From contig JBFWZV010000013.1 in assembly GCA_050184975.1 (NCBI GenBank), forward strand, positions 821 to 64,820: DNA of 64,000 nt, in the 5' to 3' direction. The translations under genes were made by a program, and so were the position numbers. The notes beneath the pieces are model-generated. The model did no database searches and was not told the DNA's origin. It worked only from the letters and a program-made list of their open reading frames with translations. Positions 35,511-45,902 of the stretch are shown here, piece by piece. Source of the stretch: Pseudolabrys sp. GTDB taxonomy: Bacteria; Pseudomonadota; Alphaproteobacteria; Rhizobiales; Xanthobacteraceae. Numbering within the stretch: position 1 is the stretch's first letter; the number at the start of each line of letters is the position of its first letter.

Positions 35511-37427
35511 TCATGCCCCCACCCCCTTCGTTTTCAGCGCCGCCCCGATCTCGTCCAGCACCTTGGGGTCCTCGATGGTGGCCGGCATGGTCCAGGCCTC
35601 GCCGTCGGCGATCTTCTTGATGGTGCCGCGCAGGATCTTGCCTGAGCGCGTTTTCGGCAGACGCGGCACGGTGATGGCGAGCTTGAACGCCGCGACCGGG
35701 CCGATCTTGTCGCGCACAAGCTGAACGATTTCCTTCTCGATCTGATCGGGCGCTTTCTTGACGCCGGCCTTCAAGACGATAAAGCCGCAGGGCACCTCGC
35801 CTTTCATCGCGTCGGCGATGCCGAGCACGGCGCATTCGGCGACGTCGGGGTGCGCGGCCAGCACCTCCTCCATGCCGCCGGTCGAGAGCCGGTGCCCCGC
35901 GACATTGATGATGTCGTCGGTGCGGCCCATCACCCACACGTAACCGTCGTCGTCGATGTAGCCGGCGTCGGCGGTTTTGTAGAAACCGGGGAACTCGGCG
36001 AGATAGGCCTCCTTGAAGCGGTCGTCCTGCTGCCACAGCGTCGGGAAGTTCGACGGCGGCAGCGGCAGCTTGACGACGATGGAGCCGACGGTGCCGCGCG
36101 GCACGGGTTTCGCCGCCTCGTCCACCACCTGCACGTCATAGCCCGGCATCGGCACGGTGGCGGAGCCGTGCTTCACCGGCAACTGGCCGAGGCCGACCGG
36201 ATTGCCGGCGATGCACCAGCCGGTCTCGGTCTGCCACCAGTGGTCGATCACCGGAACCTTCAGCACTTTCTCCGCCCAGTCCACCGTCGGCGGGTCGGCG
36301 CGCTCGCCGGCCAGAAACAGCGTGCGGAACTTGCTGAGGTCGTATTTCTTCAACTGCTCGGCGTTGGGGTCTTCCTTCTTGATGGCGCGGAAGGCGGTCG
36401 GCGCGGTGAACAGCGCGACGGCCTTGTGCTCCGAGATGACGCGCCAGAACGCGCCGGCGTCCGGCGTGCCGACCGGCTTGCCCTCGTACATGATGGACGT
36501 GCAGCCGTGCAGCAGCGGCGCATAGACGATGTAGGAGTGGCCGACCACCCAGCCGATGTCGGAGGCGGTCCACCACACCTCGCCGGGCCTGATGCCGTAG
36601 AGGTTCGCCATCGACCATTTCAGCGCGACCATGTGGCCGCCATTGTCGCGGACGACGCCCTTGGGGATGCCGGTGGTGCCGGAGGTGTAGAGGATATAGA
36701 GCGGGTCGGTGGCGGCGACGGTGACACAGTCGGCGCTCTTGCCGGCGCGCATCGCGGCGGCGCGCAAGCTGGCCCAGTCGTGGTCGCGGCCGCCGAACAG
36801 CTTGGCGTTGTTCTGCGGGCGCTGGAACAGGATGACGCCTTCCGGCTTCGACTTGGCGAGGTCGATCGCGGTGTCCAGGAGCGGCTTGTATTCGACGATG
36901 CGGCCCGGCTCGATGCCGCAGCTCGCAGTGAGGATCAGCTTGGGCTTGGCGTCGTCGATGCGCGTCGCCAGCTCCTTGGCCGCGAAGCCGCCGAACACCA
37001 CGGAGTGGATGGCGCCGAGCCGCGCGCAGGCGAGCATGCCGAACACCGCCTCCGGGATCATCGGCATGTAGATGATGACGCGGTCGCCTTTGGTGACGCC
37101 GTGATCCTTGAGGATGGCGGCGAGCGTCTTCACCTCGTCGAGCGTCTCTTTGTAGGTGTAGGTGCGTTTGGTGTTGGTGACGGGCGAGTCGTAGATGAAC
37201 GCCGCCTGCTCGGCGCGGCCGGCGGCGACGTGGCGGTCGAGCGCGTTGTAGCAGGTGTTGCACTCAGCCCCGGCGAACCAGCGGCCATAGACGCCTTGCT
37301 TTGGGTCGAACACCTTGTCGGCCGGCTTGACCCAGTCAATGTCTTTCGCGGCCTCGGCCCAGAACCCTTCCGGATCCTTCTGCCAGCGCGCATAGACCTC
37401 GTGGTAGCGGCTCGTGCGGGCGTCCAT
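35511..37427 (-). CDS. prpE: Propionyl-CoA synthetase
   Basis: YTSGTTGIPKG, DHWWQTETG, GRTDD..NVAGHRLST, LPKTRSGKILR; start ATG 37427. Confidence 0.9.
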   Translation of the reverse strand: MDARTSRYHEVYARWQKDPEGFWAEAAKDIDWVKPADKVFDPKQGVYGRWFAGAECNTCYNALDRHVAAGRAEQAAFIYDSPVTNTKRTYTYKETLDEVKTLAAILKDHGVTKGDRVIIYMPMIPEAVFGMLACARLGAIHSVVFGGFAAKELATRIDDAKPKLILTASCGIEPGRIVEYKPLLDTAIDLAKSKPEGVILFQRPQNNAKLFGGRDHDWASLRAAAMRAGKSADCVTVAATDPLYILYTSGTTGIPKGVVRDNGGHMVALKWSMANLYGIRPGEVWWTASDIGWVVGHSYIVYAPLLHGCTSIMYEGKPVGTPDAGAFWRVISEHKAVALFTAPTAFRAIKKEDPNAEQLKKYDLSKFRTLFLAGERADPPTVDWAEKVLKVPVIDHWWQTETGWCIAGNPVGLGQLPVKHGSATVPMPGYDVQVVDEAAKPVPRGTVGSIVVKLPLPPSNFPTLWQQDDRFKEAYLAEFPGFYKTADAGYIDDDGYVWVMGRTDDIINVAGHRLSTGGMEEVLAAHPDVAECAVLGIADAMKGEVPCGFIVLKAGVKKAPDQIEKEIVQLVRDKIGPVAAFKLAITVPRLPKTRSGKILRGTIKKIADGEAWTMPATIEDPKVLDEIGAALKTKGVGA

Positions 37428-37609
37428 TCTCCCCTCCGTTTTTTCTTGTGGCGATAATTGTGTCGCGGGCGCGTGCCGCACACAAGGGATGCAGGCCTGA
37501 GACTGGCCAAAGCGGGCGCGGTGGGCTTTGATCCGCCGCAAGCGCGGACCTCAGACTTTCGTCCATCATCGTCCCGCAGCAATCCCGCCGGAAAAGGCCA
37601 CTTTCTCCC

Positions 37610-38365
37610 GTGCCAACCGACCCGATTTTCTGGATCACCGTGGTGATCGCCGTGACGCTCGTGGGGCTCGCCAAGGGCGGCTTTTCCGGCATCGGCTCGG
37701 TGGCGACGCCGCTGCTCGCGCTGGTGCTGCCGCCGCTGCAGGCCGCCGCCATCATCCTGCCGATCCTGCTGTTGCAGGACGCGATCTCGGTGTGGGTGTA
37801 CCGCAAGGACTGGGACGCCTGGAACGTGAAGGTGCTGGTCGCCGGCGCCGTGATCGGCGTCGGCCTCGCCTGGTCGATCGCGGCCTTCGTGTCGAACGAC
37901 GCGATCCGCCTGACGGTCGCTGTGATCGGCCTGGTGTTCTGCGCCAATGCGTTCCTCAACCGCGGGCCGGTCGCGCCGCGGCGGCCCTCGTCCGCGTCGG
38001 GCGTGTTCTGGGGTGCGGCGTCCGGATTTACGTCTGCGCTGGCGCAGGCCGGCTCGCCGCCGTTCCAGATGCATGTGCTGCCGCAACGCATGCCGAAGAT
38101 GACGCTGGTCGGCACGCAGGCGCTGTTCTTCGCCGCCACCAATGTGATGAAGGTCGCGCCTTACTTTGCGCTCGGCCAGTTCTCGACCGAGGGCTTGAGT
38201 GTGTCGCTGGCGCTGGTGCCACTCGCGGTCGCGACCAACTTCCTCGGCATCTGGCTGGTGCGCAAGACGCCGCAGGAAACCTTTTACAAGATCGCCTATA
38301 CGCTGATGTTCCTGGTCTCGGTCGGGCTGTTGTATCAGGGCGCGACGGGACTGTTATTCAAGTGA
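37610..38365 (+). CDS. TauE/SafE sulfite exporter family protein
   Basis: GLAKGGFSG, multiple TM segments, AGSPPFQ. Confidence 0.9.
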   Translation: MPTDPIFWITVVIAVTLVGLAKGGFSGIGSVATPLLALVLPPLQAAAIILPILLLQDAISVWVYRKDWDAWNVKVLVAGAVIGVGLAWSIAAFVSNDAIRLTVAVIGLVFCANAFLNRGPVAPRRPSSASGVFWGAASGFTSALAQAGSPPFQMHVLPQRMPKMTLVGTQALFFAATNVMKVAPYFALGQFSTEGLSVSLALVPLAVATNFLGIWLVRKTPQETFYKIAYTLMFLVSVGLLYQGATGLLFK

Positions 38366-38375
38366 ATCCAGCGAC

Positions 38376-39152
38376 GTGACGATCATCACCGATCCGCTGT
38401 TCTATATTCTCGCCGTGCCGGGCGTGATCGCGCTCGGCCTGTCGAAAGGCGGCTTCGCCGGCGTCGGGCAGATGGCGACGCCGCTCTTGGCCGTCACCAT
38501 GCCGCCGCTCGAGGCCGCCGCCATCATGCTGCCGATCATGATCGTGCAGGATGCGACCGCGATGTGGGTCTATCGCAAGGGCTGGAACCGCCGCGTGCTC
38601 GCGATCATGATGCCGGGCGCGATCGTCGGTATCGGCGCGGCGTGGTTCGTTGCGTCCTTCATTTCCGACAACGCCGTGCGCGTTTTCATCGCCGTCATCA
38701 CCATCGCGTTTTGTATCTACAACTGGGTCGGGCCGCGCCGCATCGCCGATGCCGCCGCGGCGCCCGGCAGGCTGCCGGTGGCCGGCGGGGTGTTCTGGGC
38801 GTCGCTGTCCGGCTTCTGCTCGACGATCTGCCAGGCCGGCGGGCCGCCCTATCACATCCAGGTCATGCAGCTGAAGCTGCCGAAGATGATGTATGTGTCG
38901 ACCGGCGCGATCTTCTTCGGCACCATGAATTTCATGAAGGTGGTGCCTTATTTCGCGCTCGGCCAGTTCAGCGCCACCGGTCTCGCCACCTCGACGGCGC
39001 TGCTGCCGCTGGCGATTGCCGCCAATATGTTCGGCTTCTGGGTGGTCCGGCGCACGCCCGACAAGCTGTTTTTCCAGATCACGCTCATCATGCTGTTCGC
39101 CATTTCGCTGGCGCTGCTGTGGCAGGGCGGCCGCGGGATGCTGGGAATTTAG
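38376..39152 (+). CDS. TauE/SafE sulfite exporter family protein (tandem paralog)
   Basis: GLSKGGFAG, AGGPPY; GTG start. Confidence 0.9.
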   Translation: MTIITDPLFYILAVPGVIALGLSKGGFAGVGQMATPLLAVTMPPLEAAAIMLPIMIVQDATAMWVYRKGWNRRVLAIMMPGAIVGIGAAWFVASFISDNAVRVFIAVITIAFCIYNWVGPRRIADAAAAPGRLPVAGGVFWASLSGFCSTICQAGGPPYHIQVMQLKLPKMMYVSTGAIFFGTMNFMKVVPYFALGQFSATGLATSTALLPLAIAANMFGFWVVRRTPDKLFFQITLIMLFAISLALLWQGGRGMLGI

Positions 39153-39210
39153 AGACGATTGATTGCGTTCTGTCCCCTTGGCACACTTGGACCCAAGGGG
39201 AGCAACAACA

Positions 39211-40839
39211 ATGGCGACAACGCCTTACGATACCGATCTCGACCGCAACCCGGCCAATTACCAGCCGCTGACGCCGCTGATGTTTCTCGAGCGCGCGGCG
39301 GCTGTGTTCCCGGCGCGCACCGCGATCATCCACGGGAAGCTAGCGCGGACTTACAAGGAGTTCTACGCGCGATCGCGACGGCTCGCGTCTGCCTTGTCGA
39401 ATCGCGGCATCAAGCGCGGCGACACGGTGTCGGTGATGCTCGCCAATACGCCGGCGATGCTCGAATGCCACTACGGCGTGCCGATGGTGAAGGCGGTCTT
39501 GAACACGCTGAACACCCGGCTCGACGCCGCCATCCTCGCCTTCTCGCTCGACCATGCCGACGCGAAGGTGCTCATCACCGACCGCGAGTTCTCCAAAATC
39601 ATCAAGGAGGCGCTGTCGCTCGCCAAGGTGAAGCCGCTGGTGATCGATTACGACGATCCCGAATACACGGGCGCGGGCGACCGTCTCGGCGAGATCGAAT
39701 ACGAAGACTTCGTCGCGCAGGGCGATCCCGATTTCGCCTGGTCGATGCCGGACGACGAATGGGACGCGATCTCGCTCAACTACACGAGCGGCACCACCGG
39801 CGATCCCAAGGGCGTCGTCTATCACCACCGCGGCGCGACGCTGCTCGCCACCGGCAACATCGTCACCTGCGCGATGGGCAAACATCCCGTGTACCTGTGG
39901 ACGCTGCCGATGTTTCACTGCAACGGCTGGTGCTTCCCGTGGTCGATCTCGGTGGTCGCCGGCACGCATGTCTGCCTGCGCGCAGTGCGGGCGCCGGCGA
40001 TGTATGACGCCATTGCCAATCATAAAGTGACGCATCTGTGCGGCGCGCCGATCGTGATGGCAACGCTGCTGAATGCACCGGAGAGCGAGAAGAAGCCGCT
40101 GCCGCATGTCGTCGAGTTCTTCACCGCCGCCGCGCCACCGCCCGAGGCCGTGCTCGCCGCGATGAAAGAGGCCGGCTTCAACGTCACGCATCTCTACGGG
40201 CTGACCGAATGTTACGGCCCCGCGGTGGTCAACGACTGGCACGCCGAATGGAACGCGCTGCCCGCCGCCGAACAGGCGGCGAAGAAGGCGCGGCAGGGCG
40301 TGCGCTACGGCGCGCTGGAAGGGCTCGACGTACTCGACCCCGAGACCATGCAGCCGGTGCCACGCGACGGCGCGACCATGGGCGAAGTGATGATGCGCGG
40401 CAACGTGGTCATGAAAGGCTATCTCAAGAACAAGAAATCGACCGACGCGGCCTTTGCCGGCGGTTGGTTCCACACCGGCGATCTCGGCGTCATGCACCCG
40501 GACGGCTATATCCAGCTCAAGGACCGCTCCAAGGACATCATCATCTCGGGCGGCGAGAACATCTCGTCGATCGAGGTGGAGGACGCGCTTTACAAGCACC
40601 CCGCCGTGCAGGCCGCCGCGGTGGTCGCCAAGCCCGACGACAAATGGGGCGAAACGCCCTGCGCGTTCGTCGAGTTGAAGCCGGGCGCGCAGGCGACCAC
40701 CGACGACATCGTCAAGTGGTGCCGCGGCCAGCTCGCGAGCTACAAATGCCCGCGCCATGTCGTCTTCACCGAACTGCCGAAGACGAGCACGGGGAAGATT
40801 CAGAAATTCAAATTGAGAGAGATGGCGAAGGGAGTGTGA
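39211..40839 (+). CDS. Acyl-CoA synthetase (AMP-binding, AAE-like)
   Basis: NYTSGTTGDPKG, YGLTE, FHTGDL, LPKTSTGKIQK. Confidence 0.93.
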   Translation: MATTPYDTDLDRNPANYQPLTPLMFLERAAAVFPARTAIIHGKLARTYKEFYARSRRLASALSNRGIKRGDTVSVMLANTPAMLECHYGVPMVKAVLNTLNTRLDAAILAFSLDHADAKVLITDREFSKIIKEALSLAKVKPLVIDYDDPEYTGAGDRLGEIEYEDFVAQGDPDFAWSMPDDEWDAISLNYTSGTTGDPKGVVYHHRGATLLATGNIVTCAMGKHPVYLWTLPMFHCNGWCFPWSISVVAGTHVCLRAVRAPAMYDAIANHKVTHLCGAPIVMATLLNAPESEKKPLPHVVEFFTAAAPPPEAVLAAMKEAGFNVTHLYGLTECYGPAVVNDWHAEWNALPAAEQAAKKARQGVRYGALEGLDVLDPETMQPVPRDGATMGEVMMRGNVVMKGYLKNKKSTDAAFAGGWFHTGDLGVMHPDGYIQLKDRSKDIIISGGENISSIEVEDALYKHPAVQAAAVVAKPDDKWGETPCAFVELKPGAQATTDDIVKWCRGQLASYKCPRHVVFTELPKTSTGKIQKFKLREMAKGV

Positions 40840-40904
40840 ATAAGCCCTGCCCCGCGGTGTTTTGTTTTCGAGGCAAGGGGCACGATTTCGCTACAATTTC
40901 CGCG

Positions 40905-41534
40905 ATGGGCCGCAGAATCGACAACGACGACAGTCTTACCTGCGCCAGTTGCGGCGGATGGCTGACCGTTCTCGTCGATGTCGGCCCCCACGCCATGGCG
41001 GCCGGACAACTCCAGCCGCGCACCCGCTACATGCGCTGCGGACGCTGCGCGCAGATCCAGATCGTGGAAGAAGCCGCCACCACGCCGGACGCCGAGCTGA
41101 TCGACATTCTCGAAATGGCGATGGTCGAACTCGGCGCCGACAAGGGCAACATCCAGATTCTCGATCCCCGCCGGAAAGTGCTGTCGATCGCGGTGCAGAG
41201 CGGCTTCCGGGCGGACTTTCTCGACCATTTCCGCGAGGTCTCGGCCGCCGACAGCAGCGCCTGCGGACTCGCGCTGCAAGCCGGCGCGCGGGTGATCGTC
41301 GCGGACGTCGAAACCGACGAGGCCTTCGCGCCGCACCGGACGATTGCCCGCGCCGCCGGCTTCCGCGCGGTGCAGTCGACGCCGCTGGTGGGCCGCGACG
41401 GTAAACCGCTCGGCATGCTGTCGACCCATTTCGCGGCGGCACACCAGCCGAGCGCCGCCGATCTCGAGCGCCTGCAAGTCATCGTCGAGCGGGCGGCGGG
41501 ACTGATCGAACGGCAAAACAGGCACCGCGACTAG
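40905..41534 (+). CDS. GAF-domain protein with an N-terminal Zn-ribbon-like segment
   Basis: CASC-x28-CGRC, then GADKGNIQ..ACG.AL..VIVADV..FRAVQSTPL..LGMLSTHF; no output domain. Confidence 0.8.
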   Translation: MGRRIDNDDSLTCASCGGWLTVLVDVGPHAMAAGQLQPRTRYMRCGRCAQIQIVEEAATTPDAELIDILEMAMVELGADKGNIQILDPRRKVLSIAVQSGFRADFLDHFREVSAADSSACGLALQAGARVIVADVETDEAFAPHRTIARAAGFRAVQSTPLVGRDGKPLGMLSTHFAAAHQPSAADLERLQVIVERAAGLIERQNRHRD

Positions 41535-41640
41535 CGCCTCGCGTCGAATTCCGCAGCATGGCACGCCGCTCTCGGCTTTGTGATCGCGCGGGCGGCGCGA
41601 TCGCTTGCCGCGCCGGCGCGGCGCTCCTATTGCTCGCGGC

Positions 41641-42567
41641 ATGAGCGACGTGCTGAGCGACATCTTCAACACCATCCGCCTGCGCGGCACGCTGTATTTC
41701 CGCACCGACTATTCGCCGCCCTGGGCGATCGCGGTGCCGGCGCTGACGCAAGCCGCGCGCTTCCATCTCGTCGCGCAGGGCCGCTGCCATGTGCGGCTGG
41801 AATCGGGCCGCGCTTTCGATCTCGGCGCCGGCGATCTCATTCTGATCCCGCGCGGCCAGGCGCATGTGCTGGCCGATCGCGCCGACCGCAAACCGGCGCC
41901 GCTCGAAAAGGTGTTGCAGCAGTCGGGCTATAACGGCCGCGGCGCCTTCGTGGTCGGCAAGGGCGATCCCGCCGCATCGACGCAGCTCGTTTGCGGCCAT
42001 TTCACCTTCGCCGAGGGCGCCGACCACCCGCTGCTGCGCGCCCTGCCCGACGCCATCGTGGTGACGTCCGCGGACCGCGCGCGTTACCCGTTGCTGGACG
42101 AAGCGCTGCGGCTGGTGGTGCGGCTGGCGCTGGTCGAGGAACTCGGCGCCGCCGCCTCGATCGCGCGGCTGTCGGAAATGTTTTTCATCGAGACGGTCCG
42201 CATCAGTAGCGAGCGCATCCCCGAACTCGGCCGCGTGCTCAAGGCGATGACCGACCGCCATGTCGGCCGCGCGCTCGAGCTGATCCACAACGAGCCCGGC
42301 AAGCCGTGGACGGTGCAGACGCTTGCGGCGCAGGTCGGCATGTCGCGCAGCCGCTTCGCCGACCGCTTCAGCGAGCTGATGGGCGACGGGCCGATGAGCT
42401 ATCTCGCCGACTGGCGGCTGCAACGCGCGCTGGTGCTGCTCGGCCGGCCGCGTGCCAATGTGCAGCAGGTTGCGCACGACATCGGCTACCAGTCGGCCGC
42501 CGCCTTCACGCGCGCCTTCAGCCAGAAGTTCGGGCTGCCGCCCTCCGGCTTCCGCCGCGAAGCCTGA
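41641..42567 (+). CDS. AraC family transcriptional regulator (cupin sensor)
   Basis: ARFHLVAQG; WTVQTLA..GMSRSRFA..F; IGYQSAAAFTRAF. Confidence 0.92.
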   Translation: MSDVLSDIFNTIRLRGTLYFRTDYSPPWAIAVPALTQAARFHLVAQGRCHVRLESGRAFDLGAGDLILIPRGQAHVLADRADRKPAPLEKVLQQSGYNGRGAFVVGKGDPAASTQLVCGHFTFAEGADHPLLRALPDAIVVTSADRARYPLLDEALRLVVRLALVEELGAAASIARLSEMFFIETVRISSERIPELGRVLKAMTDRHVGRALELIHNEPGKPWTVQTLAAQVGMSRSRFADRFSELMGDGPMSYLADWRLQRALVLLGRPRANVQQVAHDIGYQSAAAFTRAFSQKFGLPPSGFRREA

Positions 42568-42715
42568 CCTGCCTTGTCCAGGCTTTGCAGAACGTCCTGC
42601 TGATTTTGCAGATTCACCGCCTCAACGGGCCGTGAATTGCTCATACGTCCCAAACCGGCGCATGAAACCCGCGAACCCGGCGCGCTGTCGCGGCCGGTCC
42701 GCAACAGGAGGTTTC

Positions 42716-43267
42716 ATGCAACGCATCGCCAAAATCGATCCCGCCGCCGCGCCGGCCAAGACCAACGAAATGCTCGACGCCGTCAAGCGGCAGCTCGGCG
42801 GCGTGCCGGCCATCTTCCAGACCATCGCGCAGTCGCCGGCCGCGCTCGCCGGCTTCCTCGGCTTTCTCGGCGCGCTCGGCGCCGGCAAGCTCTCGGCCAA
42901 GCTGCGCGAGCAGATCGCGCTCGCCTGTGCCGGCGCCAATGCCTGCGACTACTGCGCCTCGGCGCACAGCGCGCTCGGCAAGAAGGTCGGGCTCGCAAGC
43001 GACGAAATGACCCGCAACCTGCGCGCCGACTCCGGCGACAGCCGCTCCCGCGCCGCGCTGCTGTTCGTGCGCAAGGTGGTCGCCGAGCGCGGCCACGTGA
43101 CCGACGCCGATCTCGCCACGCTGCGTGCCGCGAGTTTCTCCGACGAGGAGATCGTCGAAATTATCGCCAATGTCGCACTCAACATCTTCACCAACTACTT
43201 CAACCACATCGCCGCAACCGAAATCGATTTTCCCGCGGTTTCGGCGACGAGCGCCAAAGCGGCGTGA
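42716..43267 (+). CDS. AhpD-like/carboxymuconolactone decarboxylase family protein
   Basis: REQIALACAGANACDYCASAH (CxxC). Confidence 0.9.
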   Translation: MQRIAKIDPAAAPAKTNEMLDAVKRQLGGVPAIFQTIAQSPAALAGFLGFLGALGAGKLSAKLREQIALACAGANACDYCASAHSALGKKVGLASDEMTRNLRADSGDSRSRAALLFVRKVVAERGHVTDADLATLRAASFSDEEIVEIIANVALNIFTNYFNHIAATEIDFPAVSATSAKAA

Positions 43268-43332
43268 TGGCGGCATCGTCGCCGCTGCGGCCAAGACAGT
43301 CTCGACCCACCCAACCAGGAAGGACAGTTCCC

Positions 43333-43830
43333 ATGATGCAGAAAACACTGACCGCGCTCGGCTTCGCCGTTGCGCTGATCGCTGCCGGACCGGCGCTCGC
43401 CGGACCGGAAGTCAACACCGCGACCGGCGCCGTGCTGGTCGACGGCAAGCCGGCGCCGGGCCTTGCCGTGCACGGCTTCGACGTCGTCGCCTTCTTCACG
43501 GTTTCGAAACCGGTGCAGGGCGATGCGAAATTCTCGGCGGTCCACAAAGAGGCCACCTATCGTTTCGCGTCGGCCGAGAACCTCGCGGCGTTCAAGGCCA
43601 ATCCCGACAAATACGTGCCGGCCTATGGCGGCTATTGCGCCTATGGCGTCGCGGTCGGCGCCAAGTTCGACGGCGATCCGCGCTACTGGAAGATCGTCGA
43701 CGGCAAGCTCTACCTGAACCTGTCGGCCGATATCCAGCAGGCGTGGAACAAGGATATTCCGGGCTCGATCAAGAAGGCGGAGACGAACTGGCCCAAGCTC
43801 GCCAACAAGCTGCCGTCGGAGATCAAGTAG
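43333..43830 (+). CDS. YHS-domain secreted protein
   Basis: Signal peptide; GFDVVAFF..YRFASAEN..F..NPDKYVPAYGGYCAY; IVDGKLYLN. Confidence 0.9.
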   Translation: MMQKTLTALGFAVALIAAGPALAGPEVNTATGAVLVDGKPAPGLAVHGFDVVAFFTVSKPVQGDAKFSAVHKEATYRFASAENLAAFKANPDKYVPAYGGYCAYGVAVGAKFDGDPRYWKIVDGKLYLNLSADIQQAWNKDIPGSIKKAETNWPKLANKLPSEIK

Positions 43831-43879
43831 CTCTAACATCAGGCGGCGCGAGCGTTTTGTGAGTCCGCGTCGCCGAAAC

Positions 43880-43920
43880 AGCGAGCCGCCCCTGACCCCT
43901 CGGGGCGGCTCGCTCGTTTT
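43880..43920. terminator. Intrinsic terminator
   Basis: 13-bp stem AGCGAGCCGCCCC/GGGGCGGCTCGCT plus T tract. Confidence 0.8.
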
Positions 43921-43929
43921 ATCGGCGGT

Positions 43930-44841
43930 TCAGTTCGGCTTGATAAACGTGCCGTTGCGCAGTTCCGAGACCGCCTGCTGAAGCTGTTCTTGCGTGTTCA
44001 TCACAATGGGCCCGTACCACGCGACCGGCTCCTTCAGCGGCTTGCCGGACACCAGCAAAAAGCGGATGCCGTGGTCGCCCGCCTGCACGGTGACTTCGTC
44101 GCCGCGGTCAAAGACGACGAGCGAGCGGTTGCCGACGCTCTCGCGCACGGTGACCTCGTTGCCGGACGCATCCTGCTTCTCGGTCAGCACGCCGAACGGG
44201 GCCGACGCGCCGGAAAACGTGCCGGAGCCCTCGAACACATAAGCGAAGGCGTGACGGTCGACTTCCACGGGGAGCGTCTTGCGCTTGCCCGGCGGCACGA
44301 AGACATCGAGATAGCGCGGATCGGCCGCGACGCCTTCGACCGGGCCTTGCTTGCCCCAGAAATCGCCGGAGACGACGCGCACGATGGTGCCGTCATCGTC
44401 GGTCACTTCCGGGATCTGCGCCGCCTTGATGTCCTGATAGCGCGGCTTCGTCATCTTCAAGGACGACGGCAGGTTGGCCCAGAGCTGGAAGCCGTGCATG
44501 CGGCCCTGTGCGTCACCCTTCGGCATCTCCTGATGCATGATGCCGGAGCCGGCGGTCATCCACTGCACGTCGCCCGCGCCCATCTGGCCGCGATTGCCGA
44601 GGCTGTCGCCGTGTTCGACGGTACCCGCCAGGACATAGGTGATCGTCTCGATGCCGCGATGCGGATGCCACGGGAAGCCGGCGAGATAGTCGTCGGGCCG
44701 CTCGTTGCGGAAATCGTCGAACAGCAGGAACGGGTCGAAAGTGGTGGTATCGCCGAAGCCGAAGGCGCGGTTCAGGTGAACGCCGGCGCCCTCGATGACG
44801 GGCTTCGACTGCGTGATGCTCTTGATCGGACGGATGGACAT
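43930..44841 (-). CDS. Pirin family protein
   Basis: FPWHPHRGIETITYV, WMTAGSGIMHQE, QLWANLP. Confidence 0.95.
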   Translation of the reverse strand: MSIRPIKSITQSKPVIEGAGVHLNRAFGFGDTTTFDPFLLFDDFRNERPDDYLAGFPWHPHRGIETITYVLAGTVEHGDSLGNRGQMGAGDVQWMTAGSGIMHQEMPKGDAQGRMHGFQLWANLPSSLKMTKPRYQDIKAAQIPEVTDDDGTIVRVVSGDFWGKQGPVEGVAADPRYLDVFVPPGKRKTLPVEVDRHAFAYVFEGSGTFSGASAPFGVLTEKQDASGNEVTVRESVGNRSLVVFDRGDEVTVQAGDHGIRFLLVSGKPLKEPVAWYGPIVMNTQEQLQQAVSELRNGTFIKPN

Positions 44842-44871
44842 GGCTGTTGCCTTTACGATGTGTGCTTCCGA

Positions 44872-45441
44872 CTACGCCGCCGCCTTCGCGGCCGGCGCGA
44901 GGCGCGACACCAGAGACGCGAACTGGTCGAGAAACCCGGCGAGAAACGTCCGTGCGCTCTCGTCGGCGATGTCGCCGTTCGCGCCGATCAGTTCCGGCTT
45001 GAACTGAATGTAGGCCTCGCCGCCGGTCAGCGTCACGCCTTGCGCGCCGAGAATTTGCCGCAGGTGCTGCTGCGCCAGCGCCGTGCTGATCGCGCCGGGC
45101 GTCGCGCCAGTGACGGCGGCGACCTTGCCGGTCCATGAGTTCTTCCCCCACGGCCGCGCACCCCAGTCGAGCGCGTTCTTCAGCACCGCCGGGATCGAGC
45201 GGCTGTGCTCGGGGGTGACGAACAGGATGCCGTCGGCGGCCGCAAGGGCGGCTTTGAAGCGGGACACGCTGTCCGGCAAATCCGCCTCAAGATCCTGATT
45301 ATACATGGGTAATTCATCGATCGGGACGATCTCGGCATCGAGGCTGTCGTGGCCGAGCGCGATCAGCGCCCCGGCCAACTGACGATTGATCGAACCCTTG
45401 CGGTTGCTGCCGACGATGACGGCGATCTTGTTTTTGGCCAT
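44872..45441 (-). CDS. NADPH-dependent FMN reductase (ChrR/SsuE-like)
   Basis: GSNRKGSIN, TPEHSRSIPAVLKNALDW. Confidence 0.92.
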   Translation of the reverse strand: MAKNKIAVIVGSNRKGSINRQLAGALIALGHDSLDAEIVPIDELPMYNQDLEADLPDSVSRFKAALAAADGILFVTPEHSRSIPAVLKNALDWGARPWGKNSWTGKVAAVTGATPGAISTALAQQHLRQILGAQGVTLTGGEAYIQFKPELIGANGDIADESARTFLAGFLDQFASLVSRLAPAAKAAA

Positions 45442-45494
45442 GACGGAGGTTACCTTTCCAGTGTCAGTTATGATTTGTTACCGAGGATAGATAA

Positions 45495-45902
45495 ATGACC
45501 ACCCGGACGGCGCAAGAAGGCACACGCGTGTTACCCGGTACCCTGCATGAGCCCTCCGAATGCCGCTCGATCAGTGAGGTGCTGTCGCGCGTCGGTGACA
45601 AATGGACGGTGCTGGTGGTCGAACTCTTGGGCGGCGGGCCGAAGCGCTTCAACGAACTGCGCCGCGCGCTCGGGAGCATCTCGCAGCGCATGCTGACCCT
45701 GACGCTGCGCCAGCTCGAGCGCGACGGCCTCGTCACCCGCACGGTGACGCCGACCATTCCGCCGCGCGTCGATTACGAACTGACGAAGCTCGGCCACTCG
45801 CTGCTGGAGCCGGTCAACAATCTCGCCGACTGGGCGCGTGAGCATGCCGCCGTGATGCAGAAAGCGCGGGCGAAATTCGACGCCAAGGAAGCGCAGCGAT
45901 GA
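45495..45902 (+). CDS. HxlR family winged-helix regulator
   Basis: VGDKWTVLVV..RFNEL..ISQRMLTLTLRQLERDG..PPRVDYELT. Confidence 0.93.
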   Translation: MTTRTAQEGTRVLPGTLHEPSECRSISEVLSRVGDKWTVLVVELLGGGPKRFNELRRALGSISQRMLTLTLRQLERDGLVTRTVTPTIPPRVDYELTKLGHSLLEPVNNLADWAREHAAVMQKARAKFDAKEAQR

